The notes below the pieces were generated by a model. That model did not search any database, was not told the origin of the DNA, and saw only the letters and a list, made by a program, of their open reading frames with translations. A stretch of 64,000 nucleotides of DNA from Bacteroidia bacterium (GTDB lineage: Bacteria > Bacteroidota > Bacteroidia > UKL13-3), in contig JALONP010000008.1 in NCBI GenBank assembly GCA_025454875.1, positions 38,616 to 102,615 on the forward strand, read 5' to 3'. Shown here one piece after another: positions 47,675-56,123 of this stretch. The position numbers were made by a program, and so were the translations under genes. Position 1 is the stretch's first letter, and every line of letters starts with the position of its first letter.

Positions 47675-49243
47675 ATGAAAAATAAAATACTTAACACTTT
47701 AATTTTAGTCTTTTTCTTCACAACTACTTATGCTCAAGAAGTTGATTTCAAATGGGGTAAATCTGATAAAATTAGCAAAACAAGTGCTTCACCTGAAATA
47801 CTTGGTATACGTGAAGGCAAAACTTATATCCTTAAATCAGATAAGCCGAAAGACTTAGGTACTTATTACATTTCAGCCATTGAACTTGATGATTTAAATT
47901 CAGAAAAGAAGATTGAACTCGGTAAAATTCTTCCAAAAGATGTTGCCTCAAACAATATTTATGGAGCATACATCATCAAAGACAATATCATTGTAGTGAG
48001 CACCACAAAGAACAAGGAACTCATCGGTAGCATTTTAGACTTAAATGGCAAAGTGATTAAGGGCAAAATTAATATTGACAGAGCAGATGCGAAAGACAAA
48101 GAATTTGATGGTTTTAGTGTAGAACTATCTTCTGATGAGTCAGTGATATTAGGCTATCGAAAAACAAAAGGTAAAGACAAAAAATCAACTGGGTTTGTAT
48201 TTTCAACCTTTAATCCTGAATTGAAACGATTAAACAGTGCAAAAGTTGAACTCCCGTATGATGAAGATAATATCGACATAGGTAAAGTTAGAATAGATAA
48301 CTCGAGCAACGTTTACATTGTAGCAAACTTAACAATTGAAGGTAAGCGCAAAAAATTTGATGTTATAAAGTCTGTACTGTTGCATTTACCAATGGATAAG
48401 CAAAAACCTGAATTGAATGAAGTTGCCCTTCCTTTAGAAAAAAGACTCGCAACCTCTATGTCCTTTTTAGTACTGAACGATAAGATTGTGATTACTGGGA
48501 TGTATGCATCAAACGCTGATGCCGAATTCTTGGAAGGTGTTTTTTATACAGAACTTTCAAAGGGTTCATTAGAGGTCGTAAATTCGTCATATCAAAAATT
48601 TAAACCTGGTTTACAAACCAGAAAGGCCGCTTCAAATAAGTTTGAGAACAAACCTGGGTTTGGTTATAAGCTGCAAGAGATCATCCTAGAAGATTCTAAA
48701 GAAAAGTTGCTAATCTTCGAAAACAGATACGCAACATTTTCAACTGACAATCAAGGTAACGTATCCAAATATACTTATGCACTCGATTTTATTGTAGTTA
48801 AACTTGATGCTGAAAACAAAATTGAATGGAACACTATGATTTATAAAAACCAGGCTCTTAGGGTTCCATACTCTTCTGTAGCTGGTATTGGCCCATTAGC
48901 TATTAGCACAAATGTGTACCGTTATTATAGAAAGTTTGAAAGTGTTGTAGGTTATTGTTCAATTTATAAAAACGGTAAACTGTATTTGGTGTTTAATGAT
49001 CATAACGATAATATGAAGAGTAAAAACGCTGATGAGGTTTACAACAATTCAAAAAAGTCATACTCTGCGATGGTTGCCTTGGATGCAAAAACAGGTAAGT
49101 GGGAAAAGAAACCTTTGTTTAAATCAAAAGAATCACAGCGTATACTAGCTCCTGATAATTCAATGGTTATTTCTCAAAATAAGATTCTCTTGTTTAGTTT
49201 TGAAAAGAAAGGGATGCCAGTTGGTATTTTTTCAATTGAATAA
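47675..49243 (+). CDS. Hypothetical secreted protein. The ORF extends upstream to 47627; the signal-peptide start MKNKILNTLILVFFFTTTYAQ is preferred.
   Basis: Clear signal peptide at the internal Met. No recognisable motif. Confidence 0.5.
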   Translation: MKNKILNTLILVFFFTTTYAQEVDFKWGKSDKISKTSASPEILGIREGKTYILKSDKPKDLGTYYISAIELDDLNSEKKIELGKILPKDVASNNIYGAYIIKDNIIVVSTTKNKELIGSILDLNGKVIKGKINIDRADAKDKEFDGFSVELSSDESVILGYRKTKGKDKKSTGFVFSTFNPELKRLNSAKVELPYDEDNIDIGKVRIDNSSNVYIVANLTIEGKRKKFDVIKSVLLHLPMDKQKPELNEVALPLEKRLATSMSFLVLNDKIVITGMYASNADAEFLEGVFYTELSKGSLEVVNSSYQKFKPGLQTRKAASNKFENKPGFGYKLQEIILEDSKEKLLIFENRYATFSTDNQGNVSKYTYALDFIVVKLDAENKIEWNTMIYKNQALRVPYSSVAGIGPLAISTNVYRYYRKFESVVGYCSIYKNGKLYLVFNDHNDNMKSKNADEVYNNSKKSYSAMVALDAKTGKWEKKPLFKSKESQRILAPDNSMVISQNKILLFSFEKKGMPVGIFSIE

Positions 49244-49267
49244 TGCATAAATCTAAAGCTATCGAAC

Positions 49268-49302
49268 AAAAAAAGCCGCTTCTTCGAAGCGGCTTTTTTT
49301 TA
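49268..49302. terminator. Bidirectional terminator between convergent genes.
   Basis: AAAAAAAGCCGCTTCTTCGAAGCGGCTTTTTTTT. Confidence 0.75.
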
Positions 49303-49313
49303 ACTTATTCCTG

Positions 49314-49841
49314 TTAGTTTACAGTCATCATCCCTGATGCTGTTTTAGTAATTGATTGGTCAGTAATTAAACGGAAGGTTGCGTTATTAAAGGATACACG
49401 CACCTTATTGTTCACCAAGGTACATTTTACACTTCCCGTAATACCAACGTATATCGCTCCATCTAACGTAAGTAATACTTGAGCAGAACCATCATTAATG
49501 GTTCCATCTATTGGAAAGGTAGAGTTGTTTTCAGGTGCTGTTGTTCCTAGAAGATTCACCGCTAAAATTTTTGTAAAGTCAACACTTGAACCTTGCACCG
49601 AATAACGACTTTGACCTATTGTTAGAATAGTGCCGGTTACAGTTTGTAAGTTAATGGTATCGCCATCAACAATCATTGTATTGTTAGCTATAACGGGGTT
49701 CGTGGTAGTAGAATCAGTTGGTTTAGGACTTGGGGTTTCTATTTTGGGTGTTGAATCTGGTGTTTCTTCTTTTGAGCACGAAAAAAGAACCAATGTGATA
49801 CTGCTTAGTAGCAAAATTACAAGTGCGTTACGGGTATTCAT
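49314..49841 (-). CDS. Hypothetical lipoprotein.
   Basis: Lipobox ...LVLFSC after the signal peptide; Thr/Pro-rich linker. Confidence 0.5.
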   Translation of the reverse strand: MNTRNALVILLLSSITLVLFSCSKEETPDSTPKIETPSPKPTDSTTTNPVIANNTMIVDGDTINLQTVTGTILTIGQSRYSVQGSSVDFTKILAVNLLGTTAPENNSTFPIDGTINDGSAQVLLTLDGAIYVGITGSVKCTLVNNKVRVSFNNATFRLITDQSITKTASGMMTVN

Positions 49842-49960
49842 ATGTTATTATTTTGGTTCAATAATAACCTATGCAAACACGCTGTGGCAATACGTTAATT
49901 AACGTAATTATATGTTATTATGAGACTCTTGTAAATTAAAAATTAGATGACTCCATCAAC

Positions 49961-49993
49961 AAAAAAAGCCCGAAACATTCCTGTTTCGGGCTT
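49961..49993 (-). terminator. Terminator downstream of the acyl-CoA dehydrogenase gene.
   Basis: AAAAAAAGCCCGAAACATTCCTGTTTCGGGCTTT hairpin. Confidence 0.6.
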
Positions 49994-50017
49994 TAACATT
50001 TTTATTTAATACGTTTC

Positions 50018-51157
50018 CTATTTTAACACTTCACGCGAAATGACAATACGCTGTACCTCTGAAGTTCCTTCGTAAATTTGGGTGATTTTGGCATCGCGCA
50101 TCAAGCGCTCTACATGGTACTCTTTTACGTATCCGTAACCACCGTGTATTTGCACGGCTTCGGTTGTTACCCACATGGCTGTTTCTGATGCGTATACTTT
50201 TGCCATGGCACTGGCCATATCATAGTTTTGTCCTGCATCTTTGAGCGCGGCTGCTTTTAAACACAATAACCTTGCTGCTTCAATTTGTGTTGCCATATCG
50301 GCTAACTTAAACTGAATGGCTTGGTGGTGCATAATTTCTTTGCCAAATGCTTTACGCTCTTTCGAATATTTAAGTGCCAACTCATATGCTCCGCTAGCTA
50401 TACCCAATGCTTGGGCTGCAATACCAATACGGCCTCCTGACAATACTTTCATAGCAAACTTAAACCCAAATCCATCTTCACCAATGCGGTTTGCTTTAGG
50501 CACTTTTACATCTTGAAACATGATGGAATGTGTATCGCTACCGCGTATTCCCATTTTATCTTCTTTTTTGCCAACGGTTACGCCTGGCCAACTTTTTTCA
50601 ACAATAAATGCATTGATTCCTTTGTGTTTTTTATCAACATCGGTTTGAGCAATTACCAAATAATAGGTTGCTGAGTTGCCGTTGGTAATCCAGTTTTTGG
50701 TTCCATTTAAGATATAGTGATCGCCTGCATCAATTGCAGTTGTTTTTTGTGAAGTGGCATCGCTGCCCGCTTCCGGCTCACTTAACAAAAATGCACCATG
50801 CACTTGGCCACTTGCCATGGGTACAAGGTATTTTTGTTTTTGCTCTTCGGTACCATAGGTTTCAAGTCCCCAACATACCAATGAGTTATTAACCGATACC
50901 ACCACAGAAGCAGAGGCATCTACTTTCGACAATTCTTCCATTGCCAATACGTATGAAATCGAATCCATACCCGAGCCTCCATATTTTGGGTCCACCATCA
51001 TACCCATAAATCCAAGCTCGCCTAATTTTTTAATTTGTTCGGCTGGAAATTTTTGATGTTCGTCACGTTCAATTACGCCCGGTAGCAATTCGGTTTGGGC
51101 AAAATCGCGCGCTGCTTGTTGCACATTTAAATGCTCTTCTGTTAGTTCAAAATTCAT
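50018..51157 (-). CDS. Acyl-CoA dehydrogenase (short/medium-chain type).
   Basis: The start is placed at the internal Met MNFELTEEHL (380 aa) rather than the 478-aa ORF start. ACAD motifs present (catalytic E near YEGTSEVQ). Confidence 0.85.
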   Translation of the reverse strand: MNFELTEEHLNVQQAARDFAQTELLPGVIERDEHQKFPAEQIKKLGELGFMGMMVDPKYGGSGMDSISYVLAMEELSKVDASASVVVSVNNSLVCWGLETYGTEEQKQKYLVPMASGQVHGAFLLSEPEAGSDATSQKTTAIDAGDHYILNGTKNWITNGNSATYYLVIAQTDVDKKHKGINAFIVEKSWPGVTVGKKEDKMGIRGSDTHSIMFQDVKVPKANRIGEDGFGFKFAMKVLSGGRIGIAAQALGIASGAYELALKYSKERKAFGKEIMHHQAIQFKLADMATQIEAARLLCLKAAALKDAGQNYDMASAMAKVYASETAMWVTTEAVQIHGGYGYVKEYHVERLMRDAKITQIYEGTSEVQRIVISREVLK

Positions 51158-51310
51158 AGGTTTATACTTTTTAAAAAATGAAGCGGGTGTGCGAAAATAC
51201 CGATATGCGGGTGAATTCCAAACCAATGATTGTAAAAGAAAAATGGGCCTTGCAGATGGGGTGCGCCAGGGATTGAAACGACATCCTTTTGTGCAACAAA
51301 AGATAAAGTA

Positions 51311-51420
51311 CTTTGCTTCGCTGAAGCTTCGCGAAAGTGAGCTTTGCTCTGCTGAAGCTACGCGAAAGCGAGCTTTGCTCTGCTGAAGCTTCGCGAAAGT
51401 GAGCTTTGCTCTGCTGAAGG
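51311..51420. repeat. 31-bp direct tandem repeat x3.5 (CTTTGCTCTGCTGAAGCTTCGCGAAAGTGAG), followed by hairpin CCCGCCATAGGCGGG.
   Basis: Units at 51311-41, 51342-72, 51373-403 and a partial unit at 51404-20. Each unit contains an AAGCTT/TCGCGA palindrome and a CGCGAAAGCG (GNRA-like) mini-hairpin. Confidence 0.7.
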
Positions 51421-51444
51421 CCCGCCATAGGCGGGAGGCGCCCA

Positions 51445-52341
51445 CTATAACCACCCTTTGCGTTTAAACCAACTCCAAACCACAATGGTAATACCCAGCA
51501 TTAAACCAAGCACTCCCGGATAGCCCCAGGGATATTGGAGTTCGGGCATAAATGCGAAGTTCATCCCATATACGCCAACAATGAAGGTTAGGGGTAAAAA
51601 AAATGCAGTGAATACCGTGAGTGTACGCATAACCTCGTTGGTGCGTTGTGACGAAACCGAAATGTAAATGTTCATAAGTGATACAATGCTATCGTATACT
51701 TCTTCTATTTGGGTGTCGGTTTTGATATAATAATCTTTCAGGTCTTGCGAAAACGGACTGCCTTTGCTATTGGTTTCAGTGGTTTTTTCGATGATTTCTT
51801 TGGTTAGGTTCACTACCTTGCGCACCACATACACCTGACGCTTAATGCGGTAGAGGCTTTTAAGCAAATCGGGGATGCGTTTTTTGAGAAAGATTCGCGA
51901 TTCGTAGAAGGCAATTTCATCATCTAACTTGGCCACGGGAGCCTCAAATGTGGCAAGACATGACTTAACAAGTTGGCAAACAACATCAATTGGGTTGGGG
52001 TGGTTTTGGTATTTTTGAACCACCTCATTAAACAATAGCAGTTCTTTGCGGTGAATGGTAATGAGTACGTTTTTATTGTAAAAAATGGCAAGCTTAGAAG
52101 TAAGCGCCCTGATGGAGTCGGCTTGCTTATCGCAATGCTCATCGTATGCCCTGCAAATAATGAAATGAAATTTTTCGAGTTGTTCGTATTTGGGTAAATG
52201 TTCGGGCTGAAGGCAATCTTGAATGGCCGAGGGGTGAATATTGAACTGCTCGCCAATTTGTTCGAGTTCGGCAGCATCAGGATTGATAACATCAATCCAC
52301 TCAAAATGGGCATCTTTTTTAGACCTAAAAGGATTAATCAT
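51445..52341 (-). CDS. corA: Magnesium/cobalt transporter CorA.
   Basis: YGMNF (GMN) motif before the two C-terminal TM helices. Confidence 0.9.
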   Translation of the reverse strand: MINPFRSKKDAHFEWIDVINPDAAELEQIGEQFNIHPSAIQDCLQPEHLPKYEQLEKFHFIICRAYDEHCDKQADSIRALTSKLAIFYNKNVLITIHRKELLLFNEVVQKYQNHPNPIDVVCQLVKSCLATFEAPVAKLDDEIAFYESRIFLKKRIPDLLKSLYRIKRQVYVVRKVVNLTKEIIEKTTETNSKGSPFSQDLKDYYIKTDTQIEEVYDSIVSLMNIYISVSSQRTNEVMRTLTVFTAFFLPLTFIVGVYGMNFAFMPELQYPWGYPGVLGLMLGITIVVWSWFKRKGWL

Positions 52342-52625
52342 ACCTCAAATATACCGTTCGAAATGAATGATTTGATTCAATTTAGTCTAAGTATTTGAGG
52401 AAGCAATTGTCATATTTTGATGACACAAAAACTTTTGGGGAACTTTATTCGTCTTTATGTTTGAGTAAATATTTCATAATTGTGGGTATTGGTTTGCAAA
52501 AACCAAGGAGAAGCCCCGGGGGAGCCCGGGGTTTTCTTTCAAATCCTTTTGATAGAAAACACAGTTTGCCACCCCTATTTTGGTAAGGGTAAAAGTTAAA
52601 AGAGTCACGACATTTAAGCAGAAAC

Positions 52626-53246
52626 CTAGTGAATATGGTAGGTTAATGACAAGCCGTTACCATTTGGTCGAAAACTAATGGATTTATTGGTTTTACGCTG
52701 GGCTTGTATCATTTCGGATTGGGCCACAAGCATAAAAACTGAGCCTAACCCTATGGAAGTAATTGCTCCTGCAACTATTAACTTTTGAGAGTATTCGTAA
52801 GATTCTAATTCTGCTTGATACATTATTTGATCTAAGGCATAGTTCCCGTAAACGGATTCAAAGGTAGGAGGTTCATTGAATGCATAAACTCCAGCTAAGG
52901 TTATACCTCCCAGAAGAAAAACTCCTGATACCAATTGGAATGCCCTTGCAGTTTGTAAATGCGCTTCAGGAGTAATAACTACTGGCGTGTGCTTTAACAA
53001 AGGGGGCTTTAGCGTGTCTTTTAAATATTGGTTACTCCTCTTACTTGGCTCTTGGTTGTACATTATCTGCTCTACCTTATTAACATTGATGGTAACATCG
53101 CTGCCTTGGTGTCGGTAAGTCATTAAGGAATCCTTAACTTGGATTATTTTAACATTCAGTTCTTTTCCATCAGTAAGTTTCAAGTAATCTTGGCTATGCA
53201 CTAAATAGGTAATGTGAGCCAAAAGGAGCAATGTTATTGTTTTCAT
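52626..53246 (-). CDS. Hypothetical secreted/membrane-anchored protein.
   Basis: Signal peptide plus hydrophobic stretches in the C-terminal half. Confidence 0.4.
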   Translation of the reverse strand: MKTITLLLLAHITYLVHSQDYLKLTDGKELNVKIIQVKDSLMTYRHQGSDVTINVNKVEQIMYNQEPSKRSNQYLKDTLKPPLLKHTPVVITPEAHLQTARAFQLVSGVFLLGGITLAGVYAFNEPPTFESVYGNYALDQIMYQAELESYEYSQKLIVAGAITSIGLGSVFMLVAQSEMIQAQRKTNKSISFRPNGNGLSLTYHIH

Positions 53247-53283
53247 AGGGGAACATTTTTATGTGAAGCTACACTTTTTTATT

Positions 53284-53323
53284 AAAAAAGCCACTTTTTT
53301 TGGAAGTGGCTTTTGTTTTTTTT
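53284..53323 (-). terminator. Terminator downstream of typA.
   Basis: AAAAAAGCCACTTTTTTTGGAAGTGGCTTTTGTTTTTTTT. Confidence 0.6.
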
Positions 53324-53341
53324 CAGAAATAAATCAAACTT

Positions 53342-55153
53342 TTATGCAGATGCCATCATGTTCTTTTGGCGCTTACGCTCGTTTTCATCGAGGTAAATTT
53401 TACGTAAACGAAGGGATTGAGGTGTAATTTCAACGTACTCATCTCCTTGAATATACTCCATGCATTCTTCTAAACTCATATTGATTTTAGGGGCAATACG
53501 TGTTTTATCATCTGATCCTGATGCACGCATATTGGTTAATTTTTTCTCTTTGGTAATGTTCACCACCAAATCATCTTGGCGGTTATTCTCGCCAATTACC
53601 TGCCCCATGTATACTTGTTCACCTGCTTCTACAAAAAAGCTACCGCGGTCTTGCAATTTATCAATCGAGTAAGCAATGGCCGTTCCTTGTTCACCGCTAA
53701 TCATTACTCCCGCCAAACGACCCGGGATTGGTCCGCGCCATGGTTCAAAGGCTTTAAAGCGATGCGCCATAATAGCTTCACCAGCAGTAGCTGTAAGTAC
53801 GTTGTTACGCAAACCAATAATACCTCTTGAAGGAATTTCGAACTCTAAGTGAATCAAATCGCCTTTAGGTTCCATCACCAACATATCGCCTTTGCGTTGG
53901 CTAACCAACTCGATTACTTTACCCGAAACATGCTCCGGCACATCAACAGTAAGTATTTCGATTGGCTCACATTTTTGCCCGTCAATTTCTTTTACAATTA
54001 CCTGCGGTTGCCCAACTTGCAACTCGTACCCTTCACGCCTCATGGTTTCGATAAGCACGGATAAATGCAAGATACCTCTTCCAAAAACCAAGTACGAATC
54101 TGCTGCATCTGTTTCTTCAACCCTTAACGCCAAGTTTTTTTCTAACTCTTTATACAACCTGTCGCGCAAATGCCTTGAGGTTACAAATTTTCCTTCTTTA
54201 CCAAAAAATGGAGAGTTGTTAATGCAGAACAACATGTTCATGGTTGGCTCATCAATGGTGATTGGCGTTAATCCTTCTGGATTTTCAAAATCGGCAATGG
54301 TATCACCAATTTCAAAACCTTCAATACCCATTACCGCGCATATATCACCTGCATGCATTTCTTCCACTTTAGCTTTACCCAATCCTTCAAACGTGTACAA
54401 TTCTTTCACACGTGATTTTTGGATGCTGCCATCTCGTTTAACCAAACTAATAGGTTGGTTCACTTTAATACTACCGCGCAAAATACGGCCAATGGCAATA
54501 CGACCTGTAAATGAAGAGTAGTCGAGTGAAGTAATTTGCATTTGCAACGTACCTTCTTCTACATGAGGTGCCGGAATTTCGGAAATAATATCATCGAGCA
54601 ATGAAGTGAAATCTTCGGTTGGGGTTTTCCAATCGCGCCCCATCCAACCTTGCTTCGAACTACCATAAATGGTATGGAAATTTAATTGCTCTTCTGTTGC
54701 ATCGAGGTTAAAAAACAAATCAAATACTTGGTCGTGAATTTCATCAGGACGGCAATTGGGTTTATCTACTTTATTAATAACCACAATTGGCTTTTTTCCC
54801 AATGCCAATGCCTTTTGCAATACAAAACGGGTTTGAGGCATTGGCCCTTCAAACGCATCAACCAACAATAGTACACCATCAGCCATGTTTAATACACGCT
54901 CTACCTCGCCACCAAAATCAGCGTGACCAGGTGTGTCGATAATATTGATTTTGGTACCTTTATATTGTACTGAAATGTTTTTGGCTAAAATGGTAATGCC
55001 ACGTTCACGCTCTAAGTCGTTGTTATCCAAAATGAGTTCACCAGTTTGTTGGTTTTCTCTGAACAATTGGGTTTGGTGAATAATTTTATCAACTAGCGTT
55101 GTTTTGCCGTGGTCAACGTGAGCGATAATGGCGATGTTGCGAATGTTTTGCAT
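53342..55153 (-). CDS. typA: Translational GTPase TypA/BipA.
   Basis: NIRNIAIIAHVDHGKTTLVD G-domain; EF-G-like domains. The ORF extends to 55189, but MQNIRN is the likely start. Confidence 0.95.
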   Translation of the reverse strand: MQNIRNIAIIAHVDHGKTTLVDKIIHQTQLFRENQQTGELILDNNDLERERGITILAKNISVQYKGTKINIIDTPGHADFGGEVERVLNMADGVLLLVDAFEGPMPQTRFVLQKALALGKKPIVVINKVDKPNCRPDEIHDQVFDLFFNLDATEEQLNFHTIYGSSKQGWMGRDWKTPTEDFTSLLDDIISEIPAPHVEEGTLQMQITSLDYSSFTGRIAIGRILRGSIKVNQPISLVKRDGSIQKSRVKELYTFEGLGKAKVEEMHAGDICAVMGIEGFEIGDTIADFENPEGLTPITIDEPTMNMLFCINNSPFFGKEGKFVTSRHLRDRLYKELEKNLALRVEETDAADSYLVFGRGILHLSVLIETMRREGYELQVGQPQVIVKEIDGQKCEPIEILTVDVPEHVSGKVIELVSQRKGDMLVMEPKGDLIHLEFEIPSRGIIGLRNNVLTATAGEAIMAHRFKAFEPWRGPIPGRLAGVMISGEQGTAIAYSIDKLQDRGSFFVEAGEQVYMGQVIGENNRQDDLVVNITKEKKLTNMRASGSDDKTRIAPKINMSLEECMEYIQGDEYVEITPQSLRLRKIYLDENERKRQKNMMASA

Positions 55154-55319
55154 GGTGCCTTGTAAAAATTGAGGCGCGAAAATAGGCATTAATCCTTATA
55201 CATCTATAAAAGAATGGTGATGAAGTTGTTAAAACCTGCTGATAAAAATCAGCAAGCTACCCCATTTCCTCTATCCAAACACCCTTGATTATCAATTTCA
55301 TTGTTGTATTTTCGAAACT

Positions 55320-55694
55320 GTGATTCGGTCAATTATATCCTTTTGCCTTGCATTTGTGTACCTGCTTCTGAGTTTAGGAGCTGTTGCACAAATACATTAT
55401 TGCGGAAGCAAGGTGTCGCGTATTGGATTGTTTGAAACAGCTGCTACTGCTTGTTCTTGTGCAGTATTGGCCAAATCTGATTGTTGCCATGAAGCAACGG
55501 TTGATTTTTCCTTCGAAACACAATCAACCATAACAACCAGCACTGAAACGCCAAACCCAATTGCCATTCTTCCGCTGGGCTTATATTTGGCAAATCATCA
55601 ACTGCCATTGTTTAACGAAACAAGTAAACCTACAAGTCAATGGCATCCTCCACAATATTTGCGACTCCCCTTATTGGCTACTTGGCGAATTTGA
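55320..55694 (+). CDS. Hypothetical small secreted Cys-rich protein.
   Basis: Signal peptide; multiple Cys (HYCGSK, CSCAVLAKSDCCHE). Confidence 0.35.
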   Translation: MIRSIISFCLAFVYLLLSLGAVAQIHYCGSKVSRIGLFETAATACSCAVLAKSDCCHEATVDFSFETQSTITTSTETPNPIAILPLGLYLANHQLPLFNETSKPTSQWHPPQYLRLPLLATWRI

Positions 55695-55748
55695 TTTGAA
55701 AGTGTTCTCCACTTTTTTTTAATCAATCATTTTTAACCAAGTAACAAC

Positions 55749-56114
55749 ATGAAAAATATTTTTATTGCAATGCTAATGTGTTGCGCAACCTTGAGCGTAA
55801 TGGCTCAACAAACGACCCCTCAAAACAAAAAAGTTGAAACGCTCACAATGAAAGTATTGGGTAACTGCACCCAATGCAAAAACCGAATCGAAACCGCTTG
55901 CGAAGTAAAAGGTATCAAAGAGGCTGTATGGGATATTGATACCAAAATGTTAAAAGTAGTATATGTGCCCGGTAAAATTACGCCTGAAGCCATACACAAA
56001 TTGGTATCGGGAGTTGGCCACGATACTGAATTAATGCGTGCGAGCGACAGTGCCTACTATGCGATGCCTGATTGTTGCTTGTACAGGCAAAATCCGAATA
56101 CCCACCACGATTAA
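55749..56114 (+). CDS. Heavy-metal-associated (HMA) domain protein.
   Basis: Signal peptide; GNCTQCKNRIE (MxCxxC-like) metal-binding motif; C-terminal Cys/His-rich tail. Confidence 0.6.
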   Translation: MKNIFIAMLMCCATLSVMAQQTTPQNKKVETLTMKVLGNCTQCKNRIETACEVKGIKEAVWDIDTKMLKVVYVPGKITPEAIHKLVSGVGHDTELMRASDSAYYAMPDCCLYRQNPNTHHD

Positions 56115-56123
56115 GTTTTACAA

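Noticed and set aside
50018-51454. Full 478-aa ORF as the acyl-CoA dehydrogenase.
   Set aside because: ACADs are about 380 aa. The N-terminal 98 codons run into the repeat and intergenic region. The internal Met MNFELTEEHL at 51157 is the credible start.
51171-51485. A 104-aa ORF (51171..51485, - strand) between the ACAD gene and corA.
   Set aside because: It is composed largely of the 31-bp tandem repeat (repetitive AEQSSLSRSFS... translation), so it is an artefact of the repeat array.
52513-52535. GCCCCGGGGGAGCCCGGGG hairpin as a terminator for the upstream minus-strand gene.
   Set aside because: The T-run follows it on the + strand, where no gene ends. On the - strand it is not followed by a U-tract, so it may just be a structured intergenic element.
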